The notes under the pieces are model-generated. The model did no database searches. It saw only the letters and a list, made by a program, of their open reading frames with translations, and was not told where the DNA came from. Both the position numbers and the translations under genes were made by a program. Shown here piece after piece: positions 46,591 through 56,083 of a DNA stretch of 64,000 bases. Location of the stretch: assembly GCA_965242865.1 (NCBI GenBank), contig CBDETK010000013.1:896001-960000 (forward strand), given 5' to 3'. Position 1 is the first letter of the stretch. Each line of letters starts with the position of its first letter. This stretch comes from Candidatus Latescibacterota bacterium (GTDB lineage Bacteria > Latescibacterota > UBA2968 > UBA8231).

Positions 46591-46658
46591 GGGATTATAA
46601 AATATGGGATTGTATTGATTTAGGCAAGACGACTTAACAGCCCTCGCCAAATGCCCAG

Positions 46659-47054
46659 TCAGAGGAGGCGCAAAATCTCGCGCAGCTCCTTTTGGGCCTC
46701 TTTGAGCATTCTGAATGCGGCCTCTCGCTCTGGTGCGGGATCCGGCGGCCGCCGCTCCCCAACCGAAACGAGCGGGACTTGCTCGCCAGCTTGGCGCAGG
46801 AGCTCGGGCTCGTCTTTGAGCTTCTTCTTTACGCCCTGCGTCGTATAACGCTCCTCGTAGAGGAGGCGTTTGAGCAACAAGATGATCCCTATGTCGCGCT
46901 CCCGATAGGCCCTGTTTTTACCACCGCGTGCGCGCCGCGGCCGCAAACAGGCAAACTCCTTCTCCCACGCCCTGAGCGTATAGGGTTGCAGTTGAGTAAG
47001 TTCGGCAACCTCGCTGATGCTGTAATACAGCTTGTTTTGCAATGGGTTTTTCAC
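46659..47054 (-). CDS. MerR-family HTH regulator
   Basis: KLYYSISEVA, LRAWEKEF, LLYEERYT. Confidence 0.85.
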   Translation of the reverse strand: MKNPLQNKLYYSISEVAELTQLQPYTLRAWEKEFACLRPRRARGGKNRAYRERDIGIILLLKRLLYEERYTTQGVKKKLKDEPELLRQAGEQVPLVSVGERRPPDPAPEREAAFRMLKEAQKELREILRLL

Positions 47055-48406
47055 GATCGCCCTTCCCTCGAACTCTTGCGCCGACGCCAGACGATGCGCA
47101 GGGGCGTTCCCTCGAAATCAAACTCCGACCGCAGCCGATTTTCAATGTGGCGTCGATAATTTTCTGGCACGGAGCGGGACCGATTCGTAAAGATCGTAAA
47201 CGCCGGCGGGTTGATCGCGTGTTGGGTGGCGTAGAGCAGGCGGATGTCTCGGCCTGCTTGGGCCGCCAAGTACTCGCCGGAGAGTTGCTGAATGATCTTG
47301 TTCAAGCGCGGGGTGGGAATCCGCGTCCGGCGCTTGTTGCCCACAGCGGCCACCACTTCGAGACACTTATGGACCCGCCGCCCGGTCAAGCCCGACAGGC
47401 ACAGCACCGGATAGTCGCGCAAAAAGGGATAGCGGTCGCGCAACGCCCGGCGGTACTCGGCCGCGGTGCCCTCGGCGACTAAATCCCATTTGTTGATCGC
47501 CACCACCAAGCCGCCGCCAGATTTTATCACTTGCTCCATGATGCGGACATCTTGCATAACCCACCCCTCGGCGCCGTCTAGCAGCACGACCGCCACATCG
47601 GCTTGGGCAATGCTGTTGGCCGCCCGGCGCGTACTGTAGAATTCCACCGGATCATCCACCTTAGACCGCCGCCGCAACCCGGCCGTATCCACGAACAGTA
47701 AGCGGCTATCTTGCCAAGTCAAGCGCAGTTGCGTTGGGTCCCGGGTGGTCCCGGGCTGAGGGTGGACGATGGAAACCTGATGGCCGGCGAGGCGGTTGAT
47801 CAGCGTGGACTTGCCCACGTTGGGCCGCCCGACTAAAGCGACCCGGATCGCCTCGTCATCCCATTCCGGCCCATGCCCCCCAGCCTCGTCAAAGAGCGCG
47901 ATCAGCGCGTCGAGCACCGCGCCGGAACGCCGCCCGGTAACGGCCGAGAGCGGCAGGGGGTCTCCCAAGCCGAGCCGGTAAAATTCGTCGAGCGCAGCGA
48001 CCGGCCCCACCTCGTCGATCTTGTTGACGGCCAGCAAGCACTTCCCGCCCCGGCTGCGCAGCATGGCCCCCAATTCTTGGTCGAGATCGGTCAAACCCGT
48101 GGTCCCGTCGCAGAGAAAAATCGCGATATCCGCCTCGGCCAGTGCCCGGGCCGCTTGCGCGCGCACGGCCGCCGCGAGCGCGTCTTGGGCACCGGGCATA
48201 TAGCCTCCGGTATCGACCAGCGTGAAAGACCGGCCTCCCCACTCGGCCGCGGCAAAAATCGGATCGCGCGTGACCCCGGGCTGGCCGTCGGTTATGGCCC
48301 ACCGGGTGCCCAAGATGCGGTTGAAAAGCGTGGACTTGCCCACGTTGGGCCGCCCGACAATCGCCACGATGGGCCGGCGTTGATTCTCGATGGTTTGGGT
48401 GCTCAC
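47051..48406 (-). CDS. der: Ribosome biogenesis GTPase Der
   Basis: Two GRPNVGKST G domains, DTGG/DTAG, FDFEGTPL; GTG 48406. Confidence 0.96.
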   Translation of the reverse strand: MSTQTIENQRRPIVAIVGRPNVGKSTLFNRILGTRWAITDGQPGVTRDPIFAAAEWGGRSFTLVDTGGYMPGAQDALAAAVRAQAARALAEADIAIFLCDGTTGLTDLDQELGAMLRSRGGKCLLAVNKIDEVGPVAALDEFYRLGLGDPLPLSAVTGRRSGAVLDALIALFDEAGGHGPEWDDEAIRVALVGRPNVGKSTLINRLAGHQVSIVHPQPGTTRDPTQLRLTWQDSRLLFVDTAGLRRRSKVDDPVEFYSTRRAANSIAQADVAVVLLDGAEGWVMQDVRIMEQVIKSGGGLVVAINKWDLVAEGTAAEYRRALRDRYPFLRDYPVLCLSGLTGRRVHKCLEVVAAVGNKRRTRIPTPRLNKIIQQLSGEYLAAQAGRDIRLLYATQHAINPPAFTIFTNRSRSVPENYRRHIENRLRSEFDFEGTPLRIVWRRRKSSREGRS

Positions 48407-49761
48407 TTTGCGCGCCCTATGTAATAGCCCAGCTCGGTTAGCTGCCGCCCTTCCCCTTGGACCTTCACCCGCTGATCGGCCCAAAGGCCCTCGAGCGATT
48501 CGACCAAGTCGTACCCCCCTACCGCGAGGGGGACGCCGACCTCGTCCGCAAGCTGCGGCACGGTCCGGTCGTCCAGCGTCAGGCCCTCGCCATTGATGCA
48601 GTTGGGCGGCAACAAGACCCAATCCCGCTGAACTCCGTCGCACGCCCTCGCGGCCATGTCGCGGCCGGTCAGCAGGCCCGATACCGTGATGCCGTGGCCG
48701 AAAAAGTCGTTGTCTATCGGCAGGAGATCAATCTGCACGTTTTCAATGGCGTTCAGCCTCGCCATTAGGGGCGCGAGGATGGGCTCGGCCAAGCGGCCGG
48801 TCAGCAGGCCGATTCGGACGGCCTGGGCCACGCGCCCGGGCAGCCGCTGGCTCGCCGCGTCCCAAGTGTCGAGGAAGGAGCGGGACATGCCGATGCCGTT
48901 TTCTAGCTGGGGAAACGCATCGTAATAGGATGCCTCGGGCAGGGGCCGCCCCATCAGCAGAAAGATCTCGTCCGCCGCATAGACAAACCGCTCGCCAAAG
49001 CGCGCCTTGAATTGCAAGCCCCACGCTTCGGCCGCGGCCGCGTACTCAGCGGCCTTGGCCGGAGTCACCGGCTCGAGCGCGACGAGCTGGTGCCGATGAT
49101 CGGTCAGCCCCACGGGCACCAGGGCCACCGAGCGCACCGCGGGATAGTACGCCGCCAGGTCGGCCACTGTGCGCGCTAGGTGCGGCCCGTCGTTCCAGCC
49201 CGGGCAGAGCACGACTTGGGTGTGCATCTCAATGCCGTTGGCCGCTAGTTTGCGCAAGCGCTCGGTGATATCGACCGTCGCTTTGGTGCGCCCGAGCATG
49301 ACTTGCCGCAACTCGGGGTCGGTGGCATGGACCGAGATGTATTGCGGCGTCAGCCCTTGTTCAATGATGCGGTCAATATCGCTTTCGCGGACGTTGGTCA
49401 AGGTCACGTACGAGCCGTGGAGAAAGGAGAGCCGAAAATCGTCGTCCTCAAAATACAGGCTGCGCCGCATGCCCTTGGGCATTTGGTGGATGAAGCAGAA
49501 GACGCATTGGTTGTTGCAGCTCCGCAAGCGCATGTCTTCAAAGACGAGCCCCAAGGGCTCGCCGCTTTGGCGCTCGATTTCGGCCTCGTACCGGTCTGGG
49601 CCGCGCTCAATTTCTACGCAGATCACGTCCTCGGCGCTGTTGACCTGAACATCGATCAAATCGCGCACTTCTTCGCCATTGATGCGCAAAATGCGATCGC
49701 CAATGCAAAATCCCGCCCGCGCCCCGAGGCTGTTGGGTTCGATGTTTTTTACGACGACCAT
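48403..49761 (-). CDS. PDZ + radical SAM-like DUF512 protein
   Basis: CNNQCVFC, DDFRLSFLHG, QLENGIG, TVSGLLTG. Confidence 0.88.
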   Translation of the reverse strand: MVVVKNIEPNSLGARAGFCIGDRILRINGEEVRDLIDVQVNSAEDVICVEIERGPDRYEAEIERQSGEPLGLVFEDMRLRSCNNQCVFCFIHQMPKGMRRSLYFEDDDFRLSFLHGSYVTLTNVRESDIDRIIEQGLTPQYISVHATDPELRQVMLGRTKATVDITERLRKLAANGIEMHTQVVLCPGWNDGPHLARTVADLAAYYPAVRSVALVPVGLTDHRHQLVALEPVTPAKAAEYAAAAEAWGLQFKARFGERFVYAADEIFLLMGRPLPEASYYDAFPQLENGIGMSRSFLDTWDAASQRLPGRVAQAVRIGLLTGRLAEPILAPLMARLNAIENVQIDLLPIDNDFFGHGITVSGLLTGRDMAARACDGVQRDWVLLPPNCINGEGLTLDDRTVPQLADEVGVPLAVGGYDLVESLEGLWADQRVKVQGEGRQLTELGYYIGRAK

Positions 49762-49870
49762 CGTGAATTAAGCAATTAATCTACGCTAGGTATCATGCTG
49801 TGGGGCAAGATGTTCTATAAAATATAAGGTATGTGGATAGTACGCTGGCGGCAATACCTGCGAAAAGAAT

Positions 49871-49907
49871 AAAAAATCCGCCCGACCAAGGTGTTGGCCG
49901 GGCGGAT
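49871..49907 (-). terminator. Intrinsic terminator after tRNA-Gly
   Basis: ATCCGCCCG...CGGGCGGAT stem with A6 on the + strand. Confidence 0.8.
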
Positions 49908-49909
49908 GC

Positions 49910-49984
49910 TGGAGCGGGAGACGGGAATCGAACCCGCGACATCAAGCTTGGGAAGCTTGCGCTCTACCCCTGAGCTACTCCCGC
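49910..49984 (-). tRNA. tRNA-Gly(CCC)
   Basis: GCGGGAG acceptor; CAAGC-TTCCCAA-GCTTG; CCA end. Confidence 0.95.
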
Positions 49985-50021
49985 TGATTTTTCTTTAAGG
50001 TAGAAGAGGCCCCAACCCCTG

Positions 50022-50966
50022 TCAACCCATCCCCCAGCGATACTCCCACTCGCCGACGATGCGCTCAACGACGCCGGTCTTTCCCCATACATCGAGATCG
50101 AGTACGCGCAAGCGGCGGTCGCGGCGGCACCACGTGGTTTGTCGTTTGGCCAAGTGCCGGGTGCGCTGTTTGGTCTGCTCAATGGCTTCGCGCCAAGGGC
50201 AATGCCCGGCCAGCGCGCGGCACAATTCAAAATAGCCCAAAGTCCCCAAGGCGCTGTCGCCGCGCTCGTATCCCAAGGCGCGCAAGGCGCGCACTTCTTC
50301 GATCCATCCTCGTTCCACCATTTGCTCGACCCGCTCGTCAATCCGCTCGTAGAGCCGGCCGCGGGCCATGGTCAGGCAGATCATCTGCGGCTGCTGCACG
50401 AGCGGCTGCCCGGTGCGCTCCCGACACAGGGTGCTGAGCGTACTCTTTCCGGCCAGCGCGACCTCCAACGCCCGCAAAATCCGCTGCCCGTCGCCCGGGT
50501 GCAACCGCGCTTGCGCGACCGGATCCCGATGGCCCAACTCCTCGTATAAGGAGGCAATTCCCTCGCCGTGCAGGCGATTGCACAATTCAGCGCGGATCGG
50601 CGCGTATTCGGTGTCGTCCGCAAAGCAGCCATCCAACGCGCTCTGCCAGTACAGGCCCGTCCCGCCGACCATCACGGGCAGGCCCCCTCGGTTCCAGACC
50701 TGCCCAATGACGCGCCGCGCCGCACGAGCGTACGCGCCCGCGCTGTAGTTTTTCTCCGGCGGGAGCACATCGAGCAGGTGATGGGGGCATTGGTTTTGCT
50801 GTTCAGGGGTTGGCTTGGCCGTGCCAATATCCAGGTAGCGATAGATTTGCCGCGAGTCGGCTGAGATGATTTCCACGTTGGGCAAGCGCTGGGCTACTTC
50901 GAGGGCTATTTCCGTTTTGCCGGTGGCGGTGGGGCCGGTGATTAGGATGAGTGGTTTGCTTGACAT
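50022..50966 (-). CDS. miaA: tRNA dimethylallyltransferase
   Basis: GPTATGKT, SADSRQIY, DIGTAKP, AKRQ.TW. Confidence 0.96.
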   Translation of the reverse strand: MSSKPLILITGPTATGKTEIALEVAQRLPNVEIISADSRQIYRYLDIGTAKPTPEQQNQCPHHLLDVLPPEKNYSAGAYARAARRVIGQVWNRGGLPVMVGGTGLYWQSALDGCFADDTEYAPIRAELCNRLHGEGIASLYEELGHRDPVAQARLHPGDGQRILRALEVALAGKSTLSTLCRERTGQPLVQQPQMICLTMARGRLYERIDERVEQMVERGWIEEVRALRALGYERGDSALGTLGYFELCRALAGHCPWREAIEQTKQRTRHLAKRQTTWCRRDRRLRVLDLDVWGKTGVVERIVGEWEYRWGMG

Positions 50967-50985
50967 AATTACAATTATGGGAACT
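50958..50985 (-). repeat. dif-like site F: AGTTCCCATAA-TTGTAA-TTATGTCAAGC
   Basis: Fills the rqcH-miaA gap; the right arm holds the miaA ATG. Confidence 0.65.
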
Positions 50986-52654
50986 ATTCAACCGCTTCCT
51001 CTTTTTTTAACAAAGCCGGCTCCACGACGATCGTTTTCTCGCGGCGCAACAGGGCCTGCCCGGGCGCGCCGCCTCGCGGCTTAGTGACGTGTTTGACCAA
51101 GGTGTACGCCACCGAGACCTTTTTCGCTGTTTTGCCCTTGCTCCAATACGCGGCTAAGGCCGCCGCCTCGGCAATCGTCTGCTTGCTGGGGGCTTCCTTG
51201 CGGCCTTCGCTCCGCAGGACGACGTGCGATCCCGAATACCCTCGGGCGTGAAACCAGCGATCGTTTTGGGCGGCCATTTTGTGCGTTAGCACGTCGTTTT
51301 CCTTGTTGTTGCGCCCGGCCCACACCGACCACCCGGTGGAGGTCCTATAACGCCGGGGATGGGCTTGGGGCTGCCTGCGCGCCGGTTTGTCGCGGTGGGT
51401 CACCTTGCTCTCCAACCAGTTTTGCAGCGCGCCATTGGCTTCCCAAGTACCGGCATCCACCGCACGCACCCAATGCTCGTATTGGGTGCATTGCCGCCCG
51501 AGCGCGGCTAGGTGCTGCGGCAGGACTCGTTGGCGGCGCTCGTATTTTTGCGCGGTCTTTAGATAGAACGCGGCGTTTTCCACCCAGTTGCGGTTTACGT
51601 CCAAATCAATTCGCAGCGTCGAGTGCCCCTCCGCATCGAAGAAGTCCGCGAGCTCGACCTGCGCGGGCCGCCCGGATAGCTGCCCTAGGTTGGCCCACAG
51701 CGCGTGGCCTTTTCGCTTGTATTCCTCGGCGCGGGCCGCCTCATCGAGCTCGACCTGCATGGCGGCCAACCGGCGCCGGGCGTTTTTCAAGGCTTGGTTC
51801 AGCCGCCGGCGGAGCTGTTGCTGGGTCTGCTGCGCCCGGCCGCGCGCCCGCTCCTTTTGGTACGCCGCCCAGATCCCGGTGCTGACCGCGTCAAACGGCT
51901 CGTACGCCCCTTGCAACCGGCGCGGCTCAAGGGCGGAACAGTGAAACCGGCCCCCCTCTTCCCACACGTAGCTGCGGCCCGATGGCGCGCTGGTGTACGC
52001 CGCTGTGGCCGCGGCCCATAGAGCGGCCGGTTCGCCGGTCCCAGCCGGCTCGCGGCGGAAGATCAGCTCGCGCACCACCGTGCGGTCCGCGCCGGCCAAC
52101 CAGCGGCTCGCGGCCTTTTCTAAGGGAACATCCGCGCTCGCCAGCCGGTCGCACCACGTGCTAAGCGCGTCCGCGCCGGGCAGCAGGCGGCCCGACGGCT
52201 CGGGCGGCTGGTACGGCGTCCCCACGAGCGGCTTGCCCTTGGCCGGGCCCCAGTAGCCCAAAATCGCGCCATTGGCTTGGCGATGGAGGACAAAGCGCAC
52301 CTTGTTGGGAATGAGTTCACATACCAAGACGCCATAGCTGGCCCGGCCAGCGCGGTCCCGGCGCTCTAGGCGCAAGCGCAAGACGCGCTCGCGGCCCTCG
52401 GCTTCGACGGCCGCAATCCGCGCACGCACCAAGTACTTTTCCGGGCCATCGCCCGCCCGCCAAGGCCGCGGCCACGCCTCCCGCCGCAGGCAGAGCAAGC
52501 CCTCCCTGCCACCCGCGCCGTACAGCCACTCGCCCGCGTCCACCGCCAAGGCGAGCTCGGTCGGCTGGGCATAGGCCCGCTCGATGAGTGCCCCTTGCAG
52601 GCGCGCCCGCAACTCCTGCGCGAGGGCCTGAATGGTGAAGTAATCAAACGCCAT
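50984..52654 (-). CDS. RqcH/NFACT (FbpA-like) ribosome quality control protein
   Basis: MAFD N-terminus, GRNNKEND.LT, WFHARGYSGSHV. Confidence 0.9.
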   Translation of the reverse strand: MAFDYFTIQALAQELRARLQGALIERAYAQPTELALAVDAGEWLYGAGGREGLLCLRREAWPRPWRAGDGPEKYLVRARIAAVEAEGRERVLRLRLERRDRAGRASYGVLVCELIPNKVRFVLHRQANGAILGYWGPAKGKPLVGTPYQPPEPSGRLLPGADALSTWCDRLASADVPLEKAASRWLAGADRTVVRELIFRREPAGTGEPAALWAAATAAYTSAPSGRSYVWEEGGRFHCSALEPRRLQGAYEPFDAVSTGIWAAYQKERARGRAQQTQQQLRRRLNQALKNARRRLAAMQVELDEAARAEEYKRKGHALWANLGQLSGRPAQVELADFFDAEGHSTLRIDLDVNRNWVENAAFYLKTAQKYERRQRVLPQHLAALGRQCTQYEHWVRAVDAGTWEANGALQNWLESKVTHRDKPARRQPQAHPRRYRTSTGWSVWAGRNNKENDVLTHKMAAQNDRWFHARGYSGSHVVLRSEGRKEAPSKQTIAEAAALAAYWSKGKTAKKVSVAYTLVKHVTKPRGGAPGQALLRREKTIVVEPALLKKEEAVE

Positions 52655-55414
52655 CTAGGCTTCGACGCGCTCAAGGCTGGCGGTTAGCTTTTCCCGAGTG
52701 GCGCGGTATTCGGCTTGGCGTTGGCGCTCTTGCGCGACGATTTTGGGCGGCGCTTTGGCGAGGAAGCGTTCATTAGCCAGTTTGGCGTCTAGGCCTTTGA
52801 GCAAGCTGTCCATCTTTTGGATTTCTCGTTTGAGCCGCTGCCGCTCGGCCCCTAGGTCGATCAACCCCGCTAAGGGCACGAAAATCTCGGCCGCGGCCGT
52901 CATCGCGCTCCCGGCCGCCGGCGGCCGGACCAGCCCCTGCCCGACTTGCACGGAGGCGGCCCGGCTCAACAGCGCGATGTAAGGGACGGCTCGGCGCAGG
53001 GTCTGCTCCACCTCGTCCGAGGCGGCCGAAATCAAGACCTCGACTTGACGACCGGGCGGGACATTCCGCTCGCCGCGAATGATCCGCACGCCGGTCACCA
53101 CCTCTTGCAGGCACTGCATGCGCGCTTCGGCCTCTGGGTCTATTAGCTCGTCATCGCAGGTCGGCCAAGCCGCGACCATGATGCTGTTGGCCGACGCGCC
53201 GTGCGGCAGCGCCTGCCACAAGGTCTCGGTGATAAAGGGCATAATGGGGTGCAACAGCCGCAGAGCGGTTTCGAGCACCTGCACGAGGTGCGCTTGGGCG
53301 GTGCGCCGTGCTTGGCGATCTCCTTCCTGCAAGCGCGCTTTGGCCAATTCGAGATACCAATCGCAATAGTCGCGCCAGACAAAGTCGTAAATGGCTCGCG
53401 TCAGGTCGCTGAAGCGGTGGGATTGCAGGGCCGCGGTCATCTCGCGCACGGTTCCCTGCAACCGACTCCAGATCCAGCGGTCAACCCATTCGCTCCGCTC
53501 GCCCGGGCCTCGCTCGTATCCGTCGATGTTCATCAGCACGAAGCGGGTCGCATTCCACAGCTTGTTGCCAAAGTTGCGGCCGGCCTCCGCGCTGGCCGAA
53601 GCCTGTACTTGGTTGTCGGCCACCACGGCATCAAAGCGCACATCTTGGACAGCCCCGGCCTGCGCCAACAGACAGTACCGGGTCGCATCCGCGCCGTAGC
53701 GCGCCACCAAGTCAAGCGGATTGAGGCCCGTGCCCAAGCTCTTGCTCATGCGGCGGCCGTCGCGCGTCAGGATAGTCGGGTGAACCAGCACGGTCTTAAA
53801 GGGAATTTGCTCTACGCACTCTAGCGAGGTCATGGCCATCCGCAACACCCACAAATAGAGAATGTCGCGGGCCGTGATGAGCAAATCCGTGGGATAAAAG
53901 TACGTTAGCGCGTCGCTGCGCTGGGGCCAGCCGAGCGTGGCAAAGGGCCACAGGGCGGAAGAAAACCACGTGTCGAGCACGTCTGGGTCCTGTACCCAAG
54001 CCCGGCCCCCGCAGTCGGCGCAGGCGGCCGGCTCGGTCGCGCTGACCACCGGCTTGGCCCCGGCCGCCACCGAGACCCTAAAGTTGCCCTCGCGCAGGGC
54101 TTCCTCCCGGTTCAAGTCGAACATGGGGATCAGCGCGTCCCCGCTGCACTGGGTGCAATACCAAGCGGGAATGCGATGCCCCCACCAGATCTGCCGCGAC
54201 AAGGGCCAGTCGCGTATTTGGTCCAACCACTCAATGGCATAGTGGCGGAAGCGGTCGGGCGCGTATTGGATGTCCCCCTGCACGAGCGCGGGCCGCGCCT
54301 TGGCCGCCAACTCCTTCATGTTCATAAACCACTGCTCCATCGGCAGGGGTTCGACGACCGTGCCGCACTTGTCGTGGTGCGGCACCGCGTGTTCGTGCTC
54401 TTCTATTTTTGCCAGCAGCCCCTCGGCTTCCAGCGCAGCCACGACCGCTTTGCGGGCCGCGTGGCGATCCAACCCGGTAAAACGACCCGCCGCCTCGGTC
54501 ATGACCCCGTCAAAGCCGATGACTTGGATTTGCGCCAGCTCGTGCCGCCGGCCCAGCGCGTAGTCGTTGGGATCGTGGGCCGGCGTGACCTTGACGGCGC
54601 CGCTGCCCAACTCGGGATCGGCGTATTCGTCGGCGACGATGGGAATGGCTCGATCCGTCAGCGGCAACTCGACTTGCTGGCCAATGGCCTCGCGCCAGCG
54701 GTCGTCGGTCGGGTGGACGGCCACGGCCGTGTCCCCGAGCATGGTCTCCGGCCGCGTAGTCGCGACCACGACTTGCAGCCCGCCCGCTCGGGCCGGGTAG
54801 CGAATGTGCCACAAGTGGCCGGCCACCTCGCGCTCTTCGGTCTCTAGGTCGGAAATGACCGTGCGGCACTGCGGGCACCAGTTGATCATGCGGGTGCCGC
54901 GGTAAATCCACCCTTGCGTGGCAAAATGGGTGAAGGCCTGCAAGACAGCCTCGACGTAGTCCTCGTCGAGCGTGAACCGCTCCCGACGCCAATCGTAGCT
55001 GGCGCCGAGTTGGCGCAGTTGGCGGTAGATGGCGTCGCCGTATTTTTCCTTCCACTGCCAAATCCGGTCGATCATGGCGGCCCGCCCCAAGTCGTAGCGA
55101 GTCTTGCCTTCGACCTGCAACAGCTCTTGCTCGACCTTCAGATGGGTGGCAATGCCCGCGTGGTCCGTGCCCGGCAGGCAGAGCGTCTCAAAGCCCTGCA
55201 TCCGCTTCCACCGGACGACTAAGTCGTGGATGGCGTGTTGAATCGCGTGGCCCATGTGCAACTCGCCGGTGACGTTGGGCGGGGGAATGGCGATGCAGTA
55301 CGGGGGCTTGTCCGGGTTGATCTCCGCATTAAAGAGGCCATTTTCCTCCCAGAAATCGCCCCATTTTTTTTCTATGGCCCCAGGATCATACGTCTTGGCC
55401 AATTCTTCGGTCAT
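52655..55414 (-). CDS. valS: Valine--tRNA ligase
   Basis: PPPNVTGELHMGH, DHAGIAT, SRQIWWGH, RMSKS. Confidence 0.98.
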   Translation of the reverse strand: MTEELAKTYDPGAIEKKWGDFWEENGLFNAEINPDKPPYCIAIPPPNVTGELHMGHAIQHAIHDLVVRWKRMQGFETLCLPGTDHAGIATHLKVEQELLQVEGKTRYDLGRAAMIDRIWQWKEKYGDAIYRQLRQLGASYDWRRERFTLDEDYVEAVLQAFTHFATQGWIYRGTRMINWCPQCRTVISDLETEEREVAGHLWHIRYPARAGGLQVVVATTRPETMLGDTAVAVHPTDDRWREAIGQQVELPLTDRAIPIVADEYADPELGSGAVKVTPAHDPNDYALGRRHELAQIQVIGFDGVMTEAAGRFTGLDRHAARKAVVAALEAEGLLAKIEEHEHAVPHHDKCGTVVEPLPMEQWFMNMKELAAKARPALVQGDIQYAPDRFRHYAIEWLDQIRDWPLSRQIWWGHRIPAWYCTQCSGDALIPMFDLNREEALREGNFRVSVAAGAKPVVSATEPAACADCGGRAWVQDPDVLDTWFSSALWPFATLGWPQRSDALTYFYPTDLLITARDILYLWVLRMAMTSLECVEQIPFKTVLVHPTILTRDGRRMSKSLGTGLNPLDLVARYGADATRYCLLAQAGAVQDVRFDAVVADNQVQASASAEAGRNFGNKLWNATRFVLMNIDGYERGPGERSEWVDRWIWSRLQGTVREMTAALQSHRFSDLTRAIYDFVWRDYCDWYLELAKARLQEGDRQARRTAQAHLVQVLETALRLLHPIMPFITETLWQALPHGASANSIMVAAWPTCDDELIDPEAEARMQCLQEVVTGVRIIRGERNVPPGRQVEVLISAASDEVEQTLRRAVPYIALLSRAASVQVGQGLVRPPAAGSAMTAAAEIFVPLAGLIDLGAERQRLKREIQKMDSLLKGLDAKLANERFLAKAPPKIVAQERQRQAEYRATREKLTASLERVEA

Positions 55415-55565
55415 GCCGCGTCCTTATCCTTGTGTTTAATGAAGGTTAAATGAAAATACGCACTTATACGCACTTTCGTAGATTAAGGATCGAGGGCTAG
55501 ACGCACTAGCCCACGCTTTTTTAGAGGGGTTGCGTTTGAAAATTAGCGAGTGAGATAAGGCTAAA

Positions 55566-55842
55566 TCAGGATGGCCAAAATCTCAAAATAGCTACGGCAA
55601 TAGTTACGGCGGTACCAGCGGCAAGAATCATTCCAGCAATAACGCCAGAGAGACACCAAATTTTTATATCCTTCAAATCCGATTTGGTTGCGACGTACTT
55701 CATGTCAGTCTCCAATGTCGTCTTGGACGAAGAAGATATTTTCCGAAAACTCGAATGACTTAGGCTCAGGATAGAAGTTTTCAACCCTTTCCCGCAGCTT
55801 GGGACTAGCGTTGTCGTCTAAGGTAATAACGAAAATAGACAT
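55566..55842 (-). pseudogene. Low-GC remnant with two short ORFs (45 aa, 55705-55842; membrane-tailed ORF ending 55566)
   Basis: AGGAGG + MSIFVITLDD...; then MKYVATKSDLKDIKIWCLSGVIAG plus TM. Confidence 0.45.
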
Positions 55843-56083
55843 AGGGAGAACCTCCTGTGTTTGAGTACGCATTTTCTGGCGTTCCCGCTACATCCGGGAT
55901 CGAGGGCGTCTCGCCCTCGACAAGGGCAAGATGTCCTCGACCCTTGGAAGGTGGGGTTGGTGTCGTGTACTTAGCTGACACACTAAAAATATAACCCTTT
56001 CCCCGGCCCTGACAATTTTGCTCGCCGCGCCCTGCTCGCTATTTTGTATCCCCTTTACTTCACCTGTACTAGGCGATTCAATC

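Noticed and set aside
49810-49837. ATGTTCTATAA-AATATA as a seventh dif-like site
   Set aside because: Left arm and spacer resemble site D but there is no TTATG right arm; may be promoter DNA.
55447-55475. AGTGCGTATAA XerC-like arm and ATACGCACTT x2 upstream of valS
   Set aside because: No partner arm; a 10-bp duplication is too weak to call.
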